From contig CANDFN010000002.1 of the NCBI GenBank assembly GCA_947384015.1, positions 1 to 32,544 of the forward strand: a stretch of DNA of 32,544 nucleotides, written 5' to 3'. How positions within the stretch are numbered: position 1 is the first letter of the stretch; each line of letters begins with the position of its first letter. The translations under genes were made by a program, and so were the position numbers. Source of the stretch: an uncultured Clostridia bacterium. Its GTDB lineage: Bacteria; Bacillota; Clostridia; Christensenellales; UBA1242. The notes under the pieces were generated by a model. The model did no database searches and had not been told where the DNA came from. It saw only the letters and a program-made list of their open reading frames with translations. Shown in pieces: positions 1 through 8,072 of the stretch.

Positions 1-43
1 CCTTCCCACGACACTCTTTCCCTACACGACGCTCTTCCGATCT
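1..43. other. Illumina TruSeq-type adapter (synthetic, not genomic)
   Basis: Positions 11-43 read ACACTCTTTCCCTACACGACGCTCTTCCGATCT, the standard read-1 adapter/primer. The 10 nt before it (CCTTCCCACG) sit where an i5 index would be. Confidence 0.9.
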
Positions 44-390
44 CCCCAATCTGCTGGCAAACATTGTATTATTCGCTCTGCCCTTTTTGTGCAAATTAAA
101 AAGTTTACATCTTGTCGTTGTCTAATAATCTCCCATGCTTCTTCACGCCATGGGTCAGCTTCTTCAATAAAAAAATCTGAAGTAAAACAAGTTGCAATTT
201 CACTGCCCGATGCAAGTTTATATTCTCCACCCCTTGTTTTTTTAAGTGGTAAATTAAAATTTGTTTTAGACCTTGTAACCAAGTTAGTATCTTTAGTATG
301 TTTGCTATCTAAATAAAACACATAACAATTTTTACAACCAGCACTGCACTTATGACAGCCGTGCCATGGACTCCACATGGATTTTGTCAT
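44..390 (-). CDS. Phage Gp37/Gp68 (DUF5131) family protein, 3'-truncated by contig end/adapter
   Basis: Track ORF 22..426 trimmed. AGGAG SD precedes the ATG at 390. The N-terminus MTKSMWSPWHGCHKCSAGCKNCY matches the W-x-P-x-x-GC-x5-GC-x-NCY signature of this family. The last residues (RKSVV) of the track ORF are encoded by adapter sequence. Confidence 0.6.
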
Positions 391-476
391 AAAATCTCCT
401 ACAGAAATATTATAACATCTTTTCACATTATTTTACAATTTTATTTAACCATTAAATTTCTATAAATCAAATAATT

Positions 477-2330
477 TTAACTTTCTTCTTTTTGTTGTAA
501 TTTTAGTAAATTTTTATGTTCCTCAATATGTTTTAATAAAATTTGCAACTGACCTTCTTTTAATCTGTTATTCATTTCAGAAAAAACAAAAGCAGAATGC
601 TCATCTATATGAACCTTGTGATCGTCTATTGGTAAAAGCCTAACTTCTTTATTTTTTAACACTTGTAAATTTTCTTCCTTAGCATGCTGAATGTTTAAGG
701 TGGATAAATCCACACTATCTTCCCACTTGCCAAAACCCAACATATCCAAACAACGTTTACGGGTAGATTTACTAAACTTGCCGTCTTCATCAAACATTAA
801 ACCTTGCCTAATAAGGTCTAACAGCATTGTTCGTTTTTGTCCAAGGCTATCACCAATATCAGACGAAGTATCAAACACCACATCATCGCTATTAATTTCA
901 TTTTGGTCCCAATAATACAATTGAACCTCTCCGCTATCGCCAGCAATTTTAAGCAACCTTGGCAAAACCGCATATTGCTTATATAAACGCAAAATATATT
1001 TTGCAACAATTTTTACTGCAAGGCGGGTAGAATCTATTGCAGTTGCCAGCCTGGTAGAATCTTGTTCTGCCAACAGCTCTAATGCCGTGCCCGACATATT
1101 AGTATATTGGGCGTAACTATCAGTCATCATATCGCTTACACCAGATACGGTTTTAAACTCTGCAAGCAAGCGTTCCTCTTCCGCATCAAAGTTAATATTT
1201 AAATTTGGATTTTGAACAATCTCTGGTATTTTACTGCCTTGCCTATAAACCAAAACCTTACCTGGACTTAGCCCTTCTATCTCTAAACTTTCAGTATCAA
1301 CACTTCCGTCTTCTACTGCAAGCACATTCATAACTGCACGGTTAAAATATTCGTGTTTACGATTACGCACAGCGTTATAAGCGCGTTGCAATGGAATTAA
1401 CCTATCTACCACGCTAACTCCAAAAAAACTTCCTGGCATATAGTTAGAAACTTGTTTAACAAAAGGGAAAGTTCTAGTCCCGTTTTCGTCATTAATATAA
1501 GGAAGCTCCCCGTCAAATAAAAGTTTATCACCAGCCACTATTGTAAGCCTACCGTTTTTATATTCTTTGGTTGGACGAATGTAGCGTTCTATTACAACAC
1601 AATGATTACAAAGTTCCACATTCGCAACTTTATTAATATGCGCATTATATCCAAGTCCACCAAGATTTCCTATGTTACTATCAAGCGTAAAAGCATTAAT
1701 ATTTTCTTTTTCTATAGTTTTACCCCAAACGCGTTTAACTTCGTCAACCTCCATGGCCCGCGCTTGAATTAGCGATTTTACATCTTCCATTCTTTCACAA
1801 GAAAGATTGTCTGGAAAGATTTCAAAAGGTGAAACAACTTGCACTTCCACATCACCTTCATATATGCTTGAACCTTCATTGTCTTGTGCAACCATTTTGC
1901 CGCTGTCTGTGTTCCAAACCACCTTATAAAAACATGTGCCACAAATTTCACTCCATGTGGTTGCAGTTTTTTCTATATCTGTTAAATTTAATCGGTTTGT
2001 TACAGATTCTAAAATATCTTTACTTAGTTTTGCACTTTCAACATCTTCTTCATCCGTGCTGGCTGGAACAACGGTAATGTTAGGCATGTTTTGTGCTATT
2101 TTTGCAATACGTGTTTCTACAATTGGTGCAATATGATTAAACACCTCTTTTTCTTGCCAAAAATATTGCTTTTCGTCCTCGCGTATTGCTCCATTTTGTG
2201 CAATGTAACTATACTGGTTACCCAACATAAAATTAATATTCATCTGCCACTGATTTTCTAAGCTTAATCTAGCATTGCGTCTAGCTAAATAATCTTGTTT
2301 AATCTCTTCTACTAAATTATTAATTTTCAT
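477..2330 (-). CDS. Phage portal protein (putative)
   Basis: 617-aa ORF lying downstream of the large terminase in the same operon. GGGGGG SD. ATGA start/stop overlap with the preceding small gene. Size and position are typical of portals; no diagnostic motif recognised by eye. Confidence 0.55.
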   Translation of the reverse strand: MKINNLVEEIKQDYLARRNARLSLENQWQMNINFMLGNQYSYIAQNGAIREDEKQYFWQEKEVFNHIAPIVETRIAKIAQNMPNITVVPASTDEEDVESAKLSKDILESVTNRLNLTDIEKTATTWSEICGTCFYKVVWNTDSGKMVAQDNEGSSIYEGDVEVQVVSPFEIFPDNLSCERMEDVKSLIQARAMEVDEVKRVWGKTIEKENINAFTLDSNIGNLGGLGYNAHINKVANVELCNHCVVIERYIRPTKEYKNGRLTIVAGDKLLFDGELPYINDENGTRTFPFVKQVSNYMPGSFFGVSVVDRLIPLQRAYNAVRNRKHEYFNRAVMNVLAVEDGSVDTESLEIEGLSPGKVLVYRQGSKIPEIVQNPNLNINFDAEEERLLAEFKTVSGVSDMMTDSYAQYTNMSGTALELLAEQDSTRLATAIDSTRLAVKIVAKYILRLYKQYAVLPRLLKIAGDSGEVQLYYWDQNEINSDDVVFDTSSDIGDSLGQKRTMLLDLIRQGLMFDEDGKFSKSTRKRCLDMLGFGKWEDSVDLSTLNIQHAKEENLQVLKNKEVRLLPIDDHKVHIDEHSAFVFSEMNNRLKEGQLQILLKHIEEHKNLLKLQQKEES

Positions 2331-2536
2331 TCTTTTCCCCCCTTCTTATAGATTGGTTTTATACTTTTAGGAACAATAAATTTAGAAATTTCACCATAAA
2401 GCATACTTATACAGTTAGAGCACAAGTATATGTTACCATCAAAAACAAAACGTTTGTTAATAATTACATAATCGCATTTATTATTACAACCGCTTGCATC
2501 GCATTTTACTTTTTTTGTTGCTTTTTCAACTATCAT
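2327..2536 (-). CDS. Small Cys4 (zinc-ribbon-like) phage protein, hypothetical
   Basis: 69 aa with CDASGC...CSNC cysteine pairs. AGGAGG SD. Overlaps both neighbours, suggesting translational coupling. Confidence 0.4.
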   Translation of the reverse strand: MIVEKATKKVKCDASGCNNKCDYVIINKRFVFDGNIYLCSNCISMLYGEISKFIVPKSIKPIYKKGGKE

Positions 2537-2741
2537 CGCCTTCCTCCTTTAATTGCGTTAATAATTTTTGCTTTTCTTGCTTTAACTGTTCATCTGTTAA
2601 AGCCTCGTAATTTTCCTCTTTTTGTTGCTGATTATATATAAGTTTTATAATATCTGTATTTGGTGGGATTGTGTTCTTTTTTACTTTTTGCTTTACAAGT
2701 TTCATCTTACCTGTTTCTTCGTCTAACACATATTCGCACAC
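2526..2741 (-). CDS. Small charged (Lys/Glu/Gln-rich) phage protein, hypothetical; start uncertain
   Basis: 71-aa ORF from a GTG start. The frame stays open for about 44 more codons upstream, and a strong SD+ATG lies one frame off (see findings). Confidence 0.4.
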   Translation of the reverse strand: MCEYVLDEETGKMKLVKQKVKKNTIPPNTDIIKLIYNQQQKEENYEALTDEQLKQEKQKLLTQLKEEGDDS

Positions 2742-2847
2742 TTCTTCTTTTGTAACAATGCCTACTATTAGGCGTTTTATTGAATTTATTGTATTTTCAT
2801 CAAAATCATTTGGGCATACTCTCTCCTTCCTTTTTATTAAGTTTAAT

Positions 2848-4275
2848 TTAGCGCTTAAACCTAAGTGCTCGTATTAATCTTTCTTTTTCTTGTTGAACAA
2901 TGTTTGGTTTTTCTTTTTGTTTTTTATTTTCTGGGCGGGTCATAATATAATACCTAAGTTCGTCCATACTGTGGTCATCCACCTTAACCGGACTATCACC
3001 CTTCCCCCAGCGGTAACCCTTAATTTCGCGTATTAAATTTGTGCAAGTGTTAAAAATGAAAAGTTTACTTTCTCCTTTTGCATTTTTTAAAAAACTTTTT
3101 ACCCGCTGAATGCCAGTAAATACATCTTTATTTACATTTGTGTTTACCAAAATTCCGTAGTCATAAAACAAGTTACTTACACTTTTGGTTGATGCCAAAG
3201 TTGTTTGATTTGCCGCACTATCTATTAACGCCTCTATCATTCCGTTTGTATTTCTATGCCAATGCAAACTATCACTAATTCTTTTTATTTCATCGCTATG
3301 ATAAACTATATCTTTTTCTTTTTCATAATGTTCTGCCACCACATAAACATTACAGTCATAATCCACCGCATACCAGTGACAAGAAAGCGGATTTTTTAAG
3401 CCTGGATCTATAGAAAGTTTATCTTGCCAATCGTAAGGAATATCAAAAGGTTCTATCACATGCACATTTTCATCAAACTCCGGGTAAACTCTACCACCAA
3501 AATCTAAGAACTCGCCATGTTCTCTTGTTTTTAATTCGTCAGCCGATAAACTTACCTTCATTTGTTCTTTTGCTTGTTTACTTATATAAGGATTATCATC
3601 CCAAGAAATAAACTCACACCAGACATTAGGGTCATTAAATTTATTTAAATAAATTTCGTCATACACAAAGGTCATACCTTTCAGCGGGGTCATCGTTCCA
3701 AAAATATCTCCATAATTATCTAGCACCCTCATACGACATTCTTTATAGATTTCTTCTGGTGGCTCTTCGTCAAACCAAACGTAATCTAAACTTGTTCCTT
3801 GAAATTTTTCTCTGCCCTGATCACAACTTTTAAAGCCAATTTTACTAACTGTGCCAAACACATTTTTTATAAGGATATAATCTATTACCCCATTTACATA
3901 ATTATCTTTTCTGCCAGACAACATAACCACATCTACAATCCAATCTGGGTTTAGATAATATAAAATTTTTTGCTGGGCAACGTCGCGCTGAACTTGAGTG
4001 GACAAACTAACCACCCAGCCATTTGTTGCGCCCGTTATTTCTCGGTAAGGATGATTTCCTCGTGCAAAAAATATAGCCTCAACCGCACCACATTCTGTTT
4101 TCCCTGTTCTGTTGCCTCCAAAAACCCAGCGGTTTTTCTTTTGAGATTTATGAAATGCTAATTGCTTTTTATGTTTTACCTTCCCCGCGTTGTATGCAAA
4201 AAGGCGGTTTTTGCTTTTTCTTGTTAAAAGCACCGCCTCTATTTGTTTTATTTTTTTTAATACATCCATTTGCAA
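2848..4275 (-). CDS. terL: Phage terminase large subunit
   Basis: Walker A-like GGNRTGKT and Walker B-like VWFDEEP, with a C-terminal nuclease-sized half; 475 aa, upstream of the portal-sized gene. Start is either TTG 4275 or ATG 4269; no clear SD for either. Confidence 0.8.
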   Translation of the reverse strand: MQMDVLKKIKQIEAVLLTRKSKNRLFAYNAGKVKHKKQLAFHKSQKKNRWVFGGNRTGKTECGAVEAIFFARGNHPYREITGATNGWVVSLSTQVQRDVAQQKILYYLNPDWIVDVVMLSGRKDNYVNGVIDYILIKNVFGTVSKIGFKSCDQGREKFQGTSLDYVWFDEEPPEEIYKECRMRVLDNYGDIFGTMTPLKGMTFVYDEIYLNKFNDPNVWCEFISWDDNPYISKQAKEQMKVSLSADELKTREHGEFLDFGGRVYPEFDENVHVIEPFDIPYDWQDKLSIDPGLKNPLSCHWYAVDYDCNVYVVAEHYEKEKDIVYHSDEIKRISDSLHWHRNTNGMIEALIDSAANQTTLASTKSVSNLFYDYGILVNTNVNKDVFTGIQRVKSFLKNAKGESKLFIFNTCTNLIREIKGYRWGKGDSPVKVDDHSMDELRYYIMTRPENKKQKEKPNIVQQEKERLIRALRFKR

Positions 4276-4352
4276 TTAATTTACATCAAAACAAGCTCTG
4301 TTTACCTTAAAACTGCCATTTTTTTACTAATTTTTTGTGTTACAATCTTGTT

Positions 4353-5132
4353 ATGGTAATAATTTTAATTTGTATTTTAATTTTATCTTCTTTTTATTGT
4401 GCATTGCCTTGTTTTAGCACTCCTTTAAATGCAAGCACATCTAAAACTTATTTTGCACGCGTCATGTTTGACAATGTGCAACTATATAAAACGCCATATC
4501 CGTTAGAAGATTATTCTAACATATATTTTGTTTTGCCACAAACTTACTTTGTTCAACTTGTGGACGAAGTTGATGATTATTACAAAGTTAATTACATAAA
4601 CTTTTCTGGCTATGTTAAAAAGGACAGTGTGCAAACCATTGTTGGTATACCAAAAAATCCATTTTTAACAAATGTCCGCTTCCGCGTCTACAGCGAACAA
4701 AGTAGAGACCTACGCACTCTGCCTACCGTTTCTATGGGGAACTCTAGTCAGGTTGCTTATATTCCGCTATATTCACGCAACCTTACTTTTTACGGCAAAG
4801 TTGTTGGTGAAACATTAATAGAAGAACGAACCAATGTTTGGTATTATTGTAAATACTCTGCAGACAGCGAATACTATGGTTATGTATATAGTGACTTTTG
4901 CGATTTAATGACAGGCTACACAGACAACACAGAAAATGTTACCTACACAGACAACCCCTCTTTTGCTGAAGTATCGCCTAACAACAACTCTGCCACACTT
5001 AATAAAAAAGCAACAGGGATTATTATCACTGTGCTTATGGTGCCTGCATTGATATTCGTATTCTTAATTTTAAAAGGCAGTAAATTAATTTCTAAGGACA
5101 AAGCCAAAGTTAAAGAAGTTAGCGATTATTAA
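4353..5132 (+). CDS. Membrane/secreted protein with SH3-like repeats, hypothetical
   Basis: Hydrophobic N-terminus (MVIILICILILSSFYCALPC) and C-terminal TM (IIITVLMVPALIFVFLIL). Segments such as VQLYKTPY...YYKVNYINFSGYVKKDSV resemble bacterial SH3 domains. ATG 4353 is preferred over the track TTG 4335 and lies 6 nt after TGtTACAAT. Confidence 0.45.
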   Translation: MVIILICILILSSFYCALPCFSTPLNASTSKTYFARVMFDNVQLYKTPYPLEDYSNIYFVLPQTYFVQLVDEVDDYYKVNYINFSGYVKKDSVQTIVGIPKNPFLTNVRFRVYSEQSRDLRTLPTVSMGNSSQVAYIPLYSRNLTFYGKVVGETLIEERTNVWYYCKYSADSEYYGYVYSDFCDLMTGYTDNTENVTYTDNPSFAEVSPNNNSATLNKKATGIIITVLMVPALIFVFLILKGSKLISKDKAKVKEVSDY

Positions 5133-5189
5133 TAATAATTTATACATGTTAACAAGCTCTCAACTTGACAACAAATAAATAAAACCTTA

Positions 5190-5666
5190 TTAGGCTGTTC
5201 TATATGCCAAGCGTCTGGTTTTAACTTCTTCTCTTAGTTTTACTATCCAAACCTCTTTGTTCATAATGCTGATTAGTTTTTCTAAATACTTAGAACGATT
5301 CAAAGCTATTGTAAGGTTAGTAAACGCACGCTCTATTCTTCTAAAGGCGGTGCGTTCTTTTAATTCTAACACTGCGCAAAATTCTTCCATGCTTAAATGA
5401 TAATTCATTTTAACATATATCACCTTTTTATCCTCATTATTTAAGGAGTTTACCACATTATCTAGAATAATTTTTAAATTGATTAATTGATTTTTCTTGG
5501 TAATTAGTTCTATAATATTATTACAAACATCTTCTGTGCCAAATTCTGCCGAGCAACTTCCAAAATTAAGTGCATGATTTTTTATAAACCCATCTATTGC
5601 CTGACATTTTTTATTTAATAGCCTATAAATTTTGACCAATGTTTCACTATCAAAAACATCCAACAT
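5190..5666 (-). CDS. Sigma-70 region-4 / ArpU-RinA-like HTH regulator (possible phage late regulator)
   Basis: The C-terminal LSMEEFCAVLELKERTAFRRIERAFTNL reads as a region-4-type HTH. The second ATG (5666) is preceded by GGAGG at proper spacing. The gene lies upstream of the packaging module. Confidence 0.45.
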   Translation of the reverse strand: MLDVFDSETLVKIYRLLNKKCQAIDGFIKNHALNFGSCSAEFGTEDVCNNIIELITKKNQLINLKIILDNVVNSLNNEDKKVIYVKMNYHLSMEEFCAVLELKERTAFRRIERAFTNLTIALNRSKYLEKLISIMNKEVWIVKLREEVKTRRLAYRTA

Positions 5667-5829
5667 TTTTACCTCCATACAATGCGAGTATAGTTTATTG
5701 CAGACTTAAAAGTCAAGTAATTATGACATTTTTTTACAAAAAAACTGCCAAATAAACATGAATGTTCTAAAAATAACCCAAATTCAATCAAACATTTGTT
5801 CTAATTTGTAAAAAATAAAAGTGGCGAGC

Positions 5830-6468
5830 CTAAGCTCCCACTGTTACATTATTTACCAAGCTTAAATTAGTAATAGATACTTCATAAGCGGTTTTAGTAA
5901 CCGTTTCGTCACTACCTTCTATTTTTTTCTCGTAGTCACGGCTTTGAATTCTACCTGTTAATTTAATTTCTGCTCCTACTGGCATACCGCGCACAAAACT
6001 TGCATTTCTGCCCCATGCAATACATGGAATATAGTCCGATTTGTCATAATTGCGGTTTACTGCCATTAACATATCGCAAATCTCTCTTGAGAATGGCGTT
6101 GTGCGATATATTGGCGGTTTGCACAAATATCCATCTAATTCAATAGTGTTTGGATTAATCTCATCCTTCCACTCTGTAATTTCTCTACAAAATATAGATA
6201 GTATTAATTTACTTCTACCATCCATTTGACGATTGTGGCTTCTAAACTGACCCTTAATTGCCAATTTGTTACCAACTTTTACATCGTTAACAGCAAGTAG
6301 TTTTTCACTTATTAAAATTGGTAAATAATCTACTGCTCCACTCAATCTTGGCACACGCAAATTAAATGTGTAAAAATTTTCTTCAAATACTGTGTGATTT
6401 AATTCTGGTGTGCTTTCTACCACACCTTGCAAGTATACCCTGTTGTTATTTAAAACATCCGTTTCCAT
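5830..6468 (-). CDS. Tandem OB-fold, SSB-like protein
   Basis: 212 aa with two halves each resembling an SSB OB fold (VYLQGVV...KLAIKGQFRSHN and IELDGYLC...IKLTGRIQSRDYE). AGGAGA SD. Its ATG overlaps the stop of the upstream deacetylase gene (TAATG). Confidence 0.45.
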   Translation of the reverse strand: METDVLNNNRVYLQGVVESTPELNHTVFEENFYTFNLRVPRLSGAVDYLPILISEKLLAVNDVKVGNKLAIKGQFRSHNRQMDGRSKLILSIFCREITEWKDEINPNTIELDGYLCKPPIYRTTPFSREICDMLMAVNRNYDKSDYIPCIAWGRNASFVRGMPVGAEIKLTGRIQSRDYEKKIEGSDETVTKTAYEVSITNLSLVNNVTVGA

Positions 6469-7238
6469 TAGTTCTCCTTTATTTGTGTGCCTTGTGTATT
6501 AATTATAAAATTATCATAATAAATCAACTCGCCAATAGGCACTACTTGAACCGAGTTAATTTTAAAATACTCTAACACCATTTTTAATCCATCTATAATA
6601 TTGTCTGAATTATTATGGAATAAAACTATGCTTCCGTTTTTTGCTTTGCTTGTAACCCTACCAGCTATTGCACTAGCAGATAATCCTTTCCAATCCAAAC
6701 TATCTACATCCCATTCTATACAACTAATACCCAATTCCTCACAAGTATTTATTAATGTATTATTATAATAACCGTAAGGTGGGCGGAAAAGTTTAGGCGT
6801 AAAATTTGTAAGTTGCTGTATTAGAGAAATATTCGTGTTAAGTTCTAACATTATTTCGTTTTTACTTAATTTTGTCATATCTGGATGCGTATTACTGTGC
6901 AAACCAATTTCAAACCCATTGTTGTAAATTTCTTTAACCATTTCGGGGTATTCTTCCACCCAAAAACCAACAAGGAAAAAGGTTGCTTTAACGCCATAAC
7001 TATCACATATAGCCATAATCTCTCTAGTTTTATCTGCACCCCATGCGGCATCAAAAGAGATAGCCACCTTTTTCTCCTCGGTTTGCACCGAGTAAATTGG
7101 AAGCTTTCGGTTTTGTTTTTGATTGAAGTATACCGCACCTAAATTTAATCCGTTTGCATTTATTGTAACAGCCGAAATTATTATCAAAAGACCAACAATT
7201 AAAGCAAGAGTTGTTCTTTTTATTATAAGCACTTTCAT
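6468..7238 (-). CDS. Polysaccharide deacetylase (NodB/CE4 family), membrane-anchored
   Basis: N-terminal signal anchor followed by NodB motifs: VAISFDAAWG, ATFFLVG, GLHSNTHPDMTKLS, FRPPYG, and VLFHNN near the C-terminus. Confidence 0.8.
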   Translation of the reverse strand: MKVLIIKRTTLALIVGLLIIISAVTINANGLNLGAVYFNQKQNRKLPIYSVQTEEKKVAISFDAAWGADKTREIMAICDSYGVKATFFLVGFWVEEYPEMVKEIYNNGFEIGLHSNTHPDMTKLSKNEIMLELNTNISLIQQLTNFTPKLFRPPYGYYNNTLINTCEELGISCIEWDVDSLDWKGLSASAIAGRVTSKAKNGSIVLFHNNSDNIIDGLKMVLEYFKINSVQVVPIGELIYYDNFIINTQGTQIKEN

Positions 7239-7360
7239 AGATATCTACCTACCCATACTATCATAATAGATGAAAAAACTTAAATAATTATGACTGTTTT
7301 TATTAAGCTTTTTTGTTTTATTTTGTATGTTTTTATTTTATTTTGACGAATATATAAAAT

Positions 7361-7393
7361 AAAAAAATAACCAACAAAACTAAAGTTGGTTAT
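7361..7393 (-). terminator. Rho-independent terminator after the Thr/Lys-rich gene
   Basis: ATAACCAAC (7367-7375) pairs with GTTGGTTAT (7385-7393). On the minus strand the hairpin is followed by a T-run (plus-strand A-run 7361-7367). Confidence 0.6.
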
Positions 7394-7420
7394 TCTTTTA
7401 AATGTTTAATTTTTTAGCTT

Positions 7421-7942
7421 TTATTGTTTTTTTGTTGTTTTCTTAGCAGTGGTTTTTGTTGTAACTTTTGTGCTAGTTTTTGATGTTGCTGGTTTTGTTG
7501 CTACAGTTTTAGTTGTTGTTTTTGTGGTAGGTTTAGCAACTGTTTTTGTAGCATCTTTTGTTGCGGTTTTAGAAGCAGTTTGTTTAACCGTATTTTTTGC
7601 TTGTGTTTTGGTTGTTGCAGATTTTGCTGCAGTTTTAGTTGGTGTTGATTTTTTAGTTGTTGTTTTTGTTGTTGTTAATTTTTTAGAAACTTTAGGTTTT
7701 TCGTCCACTTCTTTAATTTCCTCTTTTACAACTTCAGCTTCTGTTTTAGGTTCTTCAACAGTTTCTTCAGTTTCTTCAGAAGTTTCAGTTGGACGATTGT
7801 CTACAGATAAAATAGCCTCTCTACCCATAACTAGTTCTTTTTTGCCACGATTATTTAAAACAATAAACACTATTACTAGTGCAATAATTACAACTGCTAG
7901 TATAAGAACCATCCACCACCAATTAGTTTTTAAAAAGTCCAT
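7421..7942 (-). CDS. Membrane-anchored low-complexity Thr/Lys/Ala-rich protein, hypothetical
   Basis: N-terminal TM (WWWMVLILAVVIIALVIVFIVL), an acidic stretch (ETSEETEETVEEPKTEAEVVKEEIKEVDE), then about 90 aa made almost only of T/K/A/S. GGGG SD, own promoter and own terminator. Confidence 0.5.
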   Translation of the reverse strand: MDFLKTNWWWMVLILAVVIIALVIVFIVLNNRGKKELVMGREAILSVDNRPTETSEETEETVEEPKTEAEVVKEEIKEVDEKPKVSKKLTTTKTTTKKSTPTKTAAKSATTKTQAKNTVKQTASKTATKDATKTVAKPTTKTTTKTVATKPATSKTSTKVTTKTTAKKTTKKQ

Positions 7943-7967
7943 AATTTTCCCCTTTTATTGTTTTAAT

Positions 7968-7995
7968 ATTATAGCATAAATTTTTTTTGTTTCAA
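7968..7995 (-). promoter_or_regulatory. Sigma-A-type promoter for the Thr/Lys-rich gene
   Basis: Minus strand reads TTGAAA, 16 nt, then TGcTATAAT (extended -10), about 25 nt upstream of the ATG at 7942. Confidence 0.55.
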
Positions 7996-8045
7996 AATGT
8001 TTTTTTAATTTTTTCAAATTTTATTTAGTTTTTGTCAAATTTCTT

Positions 8046-8072
8046 ACAAAAAAAGATGCATAAAGCATCTTT
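8046..8072 (-). terminator. Rho-independent terminator after spoIVA
   Basis: Directly after the TAA stop the minus strand reads AAAGATGC-tttat-GCATCTTT followed by a T-run. Confidence 0.6.

Noticed and set aside
89-316. Many track ORFs lying antisense to or nested within strong genes. They are 89..316, 691..915, 818..1009, 1829..2077, 1936..2136, 2671..2877, 3970..4161, 6366..6575, 6875..7138, 6885..7142, 8083..8274, 8824..9060, 9027..9374, 9142..9369, 11418..11702, 12467..12649, 17459..17851, 17855..18103, 19170..19358, 19766..19963, 19976..20188, 20711..20917, 21685..21921, 22969..23367, 25908..26168, 26752..27135, 27165..27347 and 28433..28666.
   Set aside because: Each overlaps a gene with clear family motifs on the other strand or in another frame. 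They lack SD sequences and translate to low-complexity or Cys/Phe/Leu-rich strings typical of shadow ORFs in AT-rich DNA.
7449-7979. 176-aa plus-strand ORF mirroring the Thr/Lys-rich gene.
   Set aside because: It is the complement of a low-complexity repeat, a Val/Phe-rich string. The minus-strand ORF has the SD, the promoter, the N-terminal TM helix and the downstream terminator.
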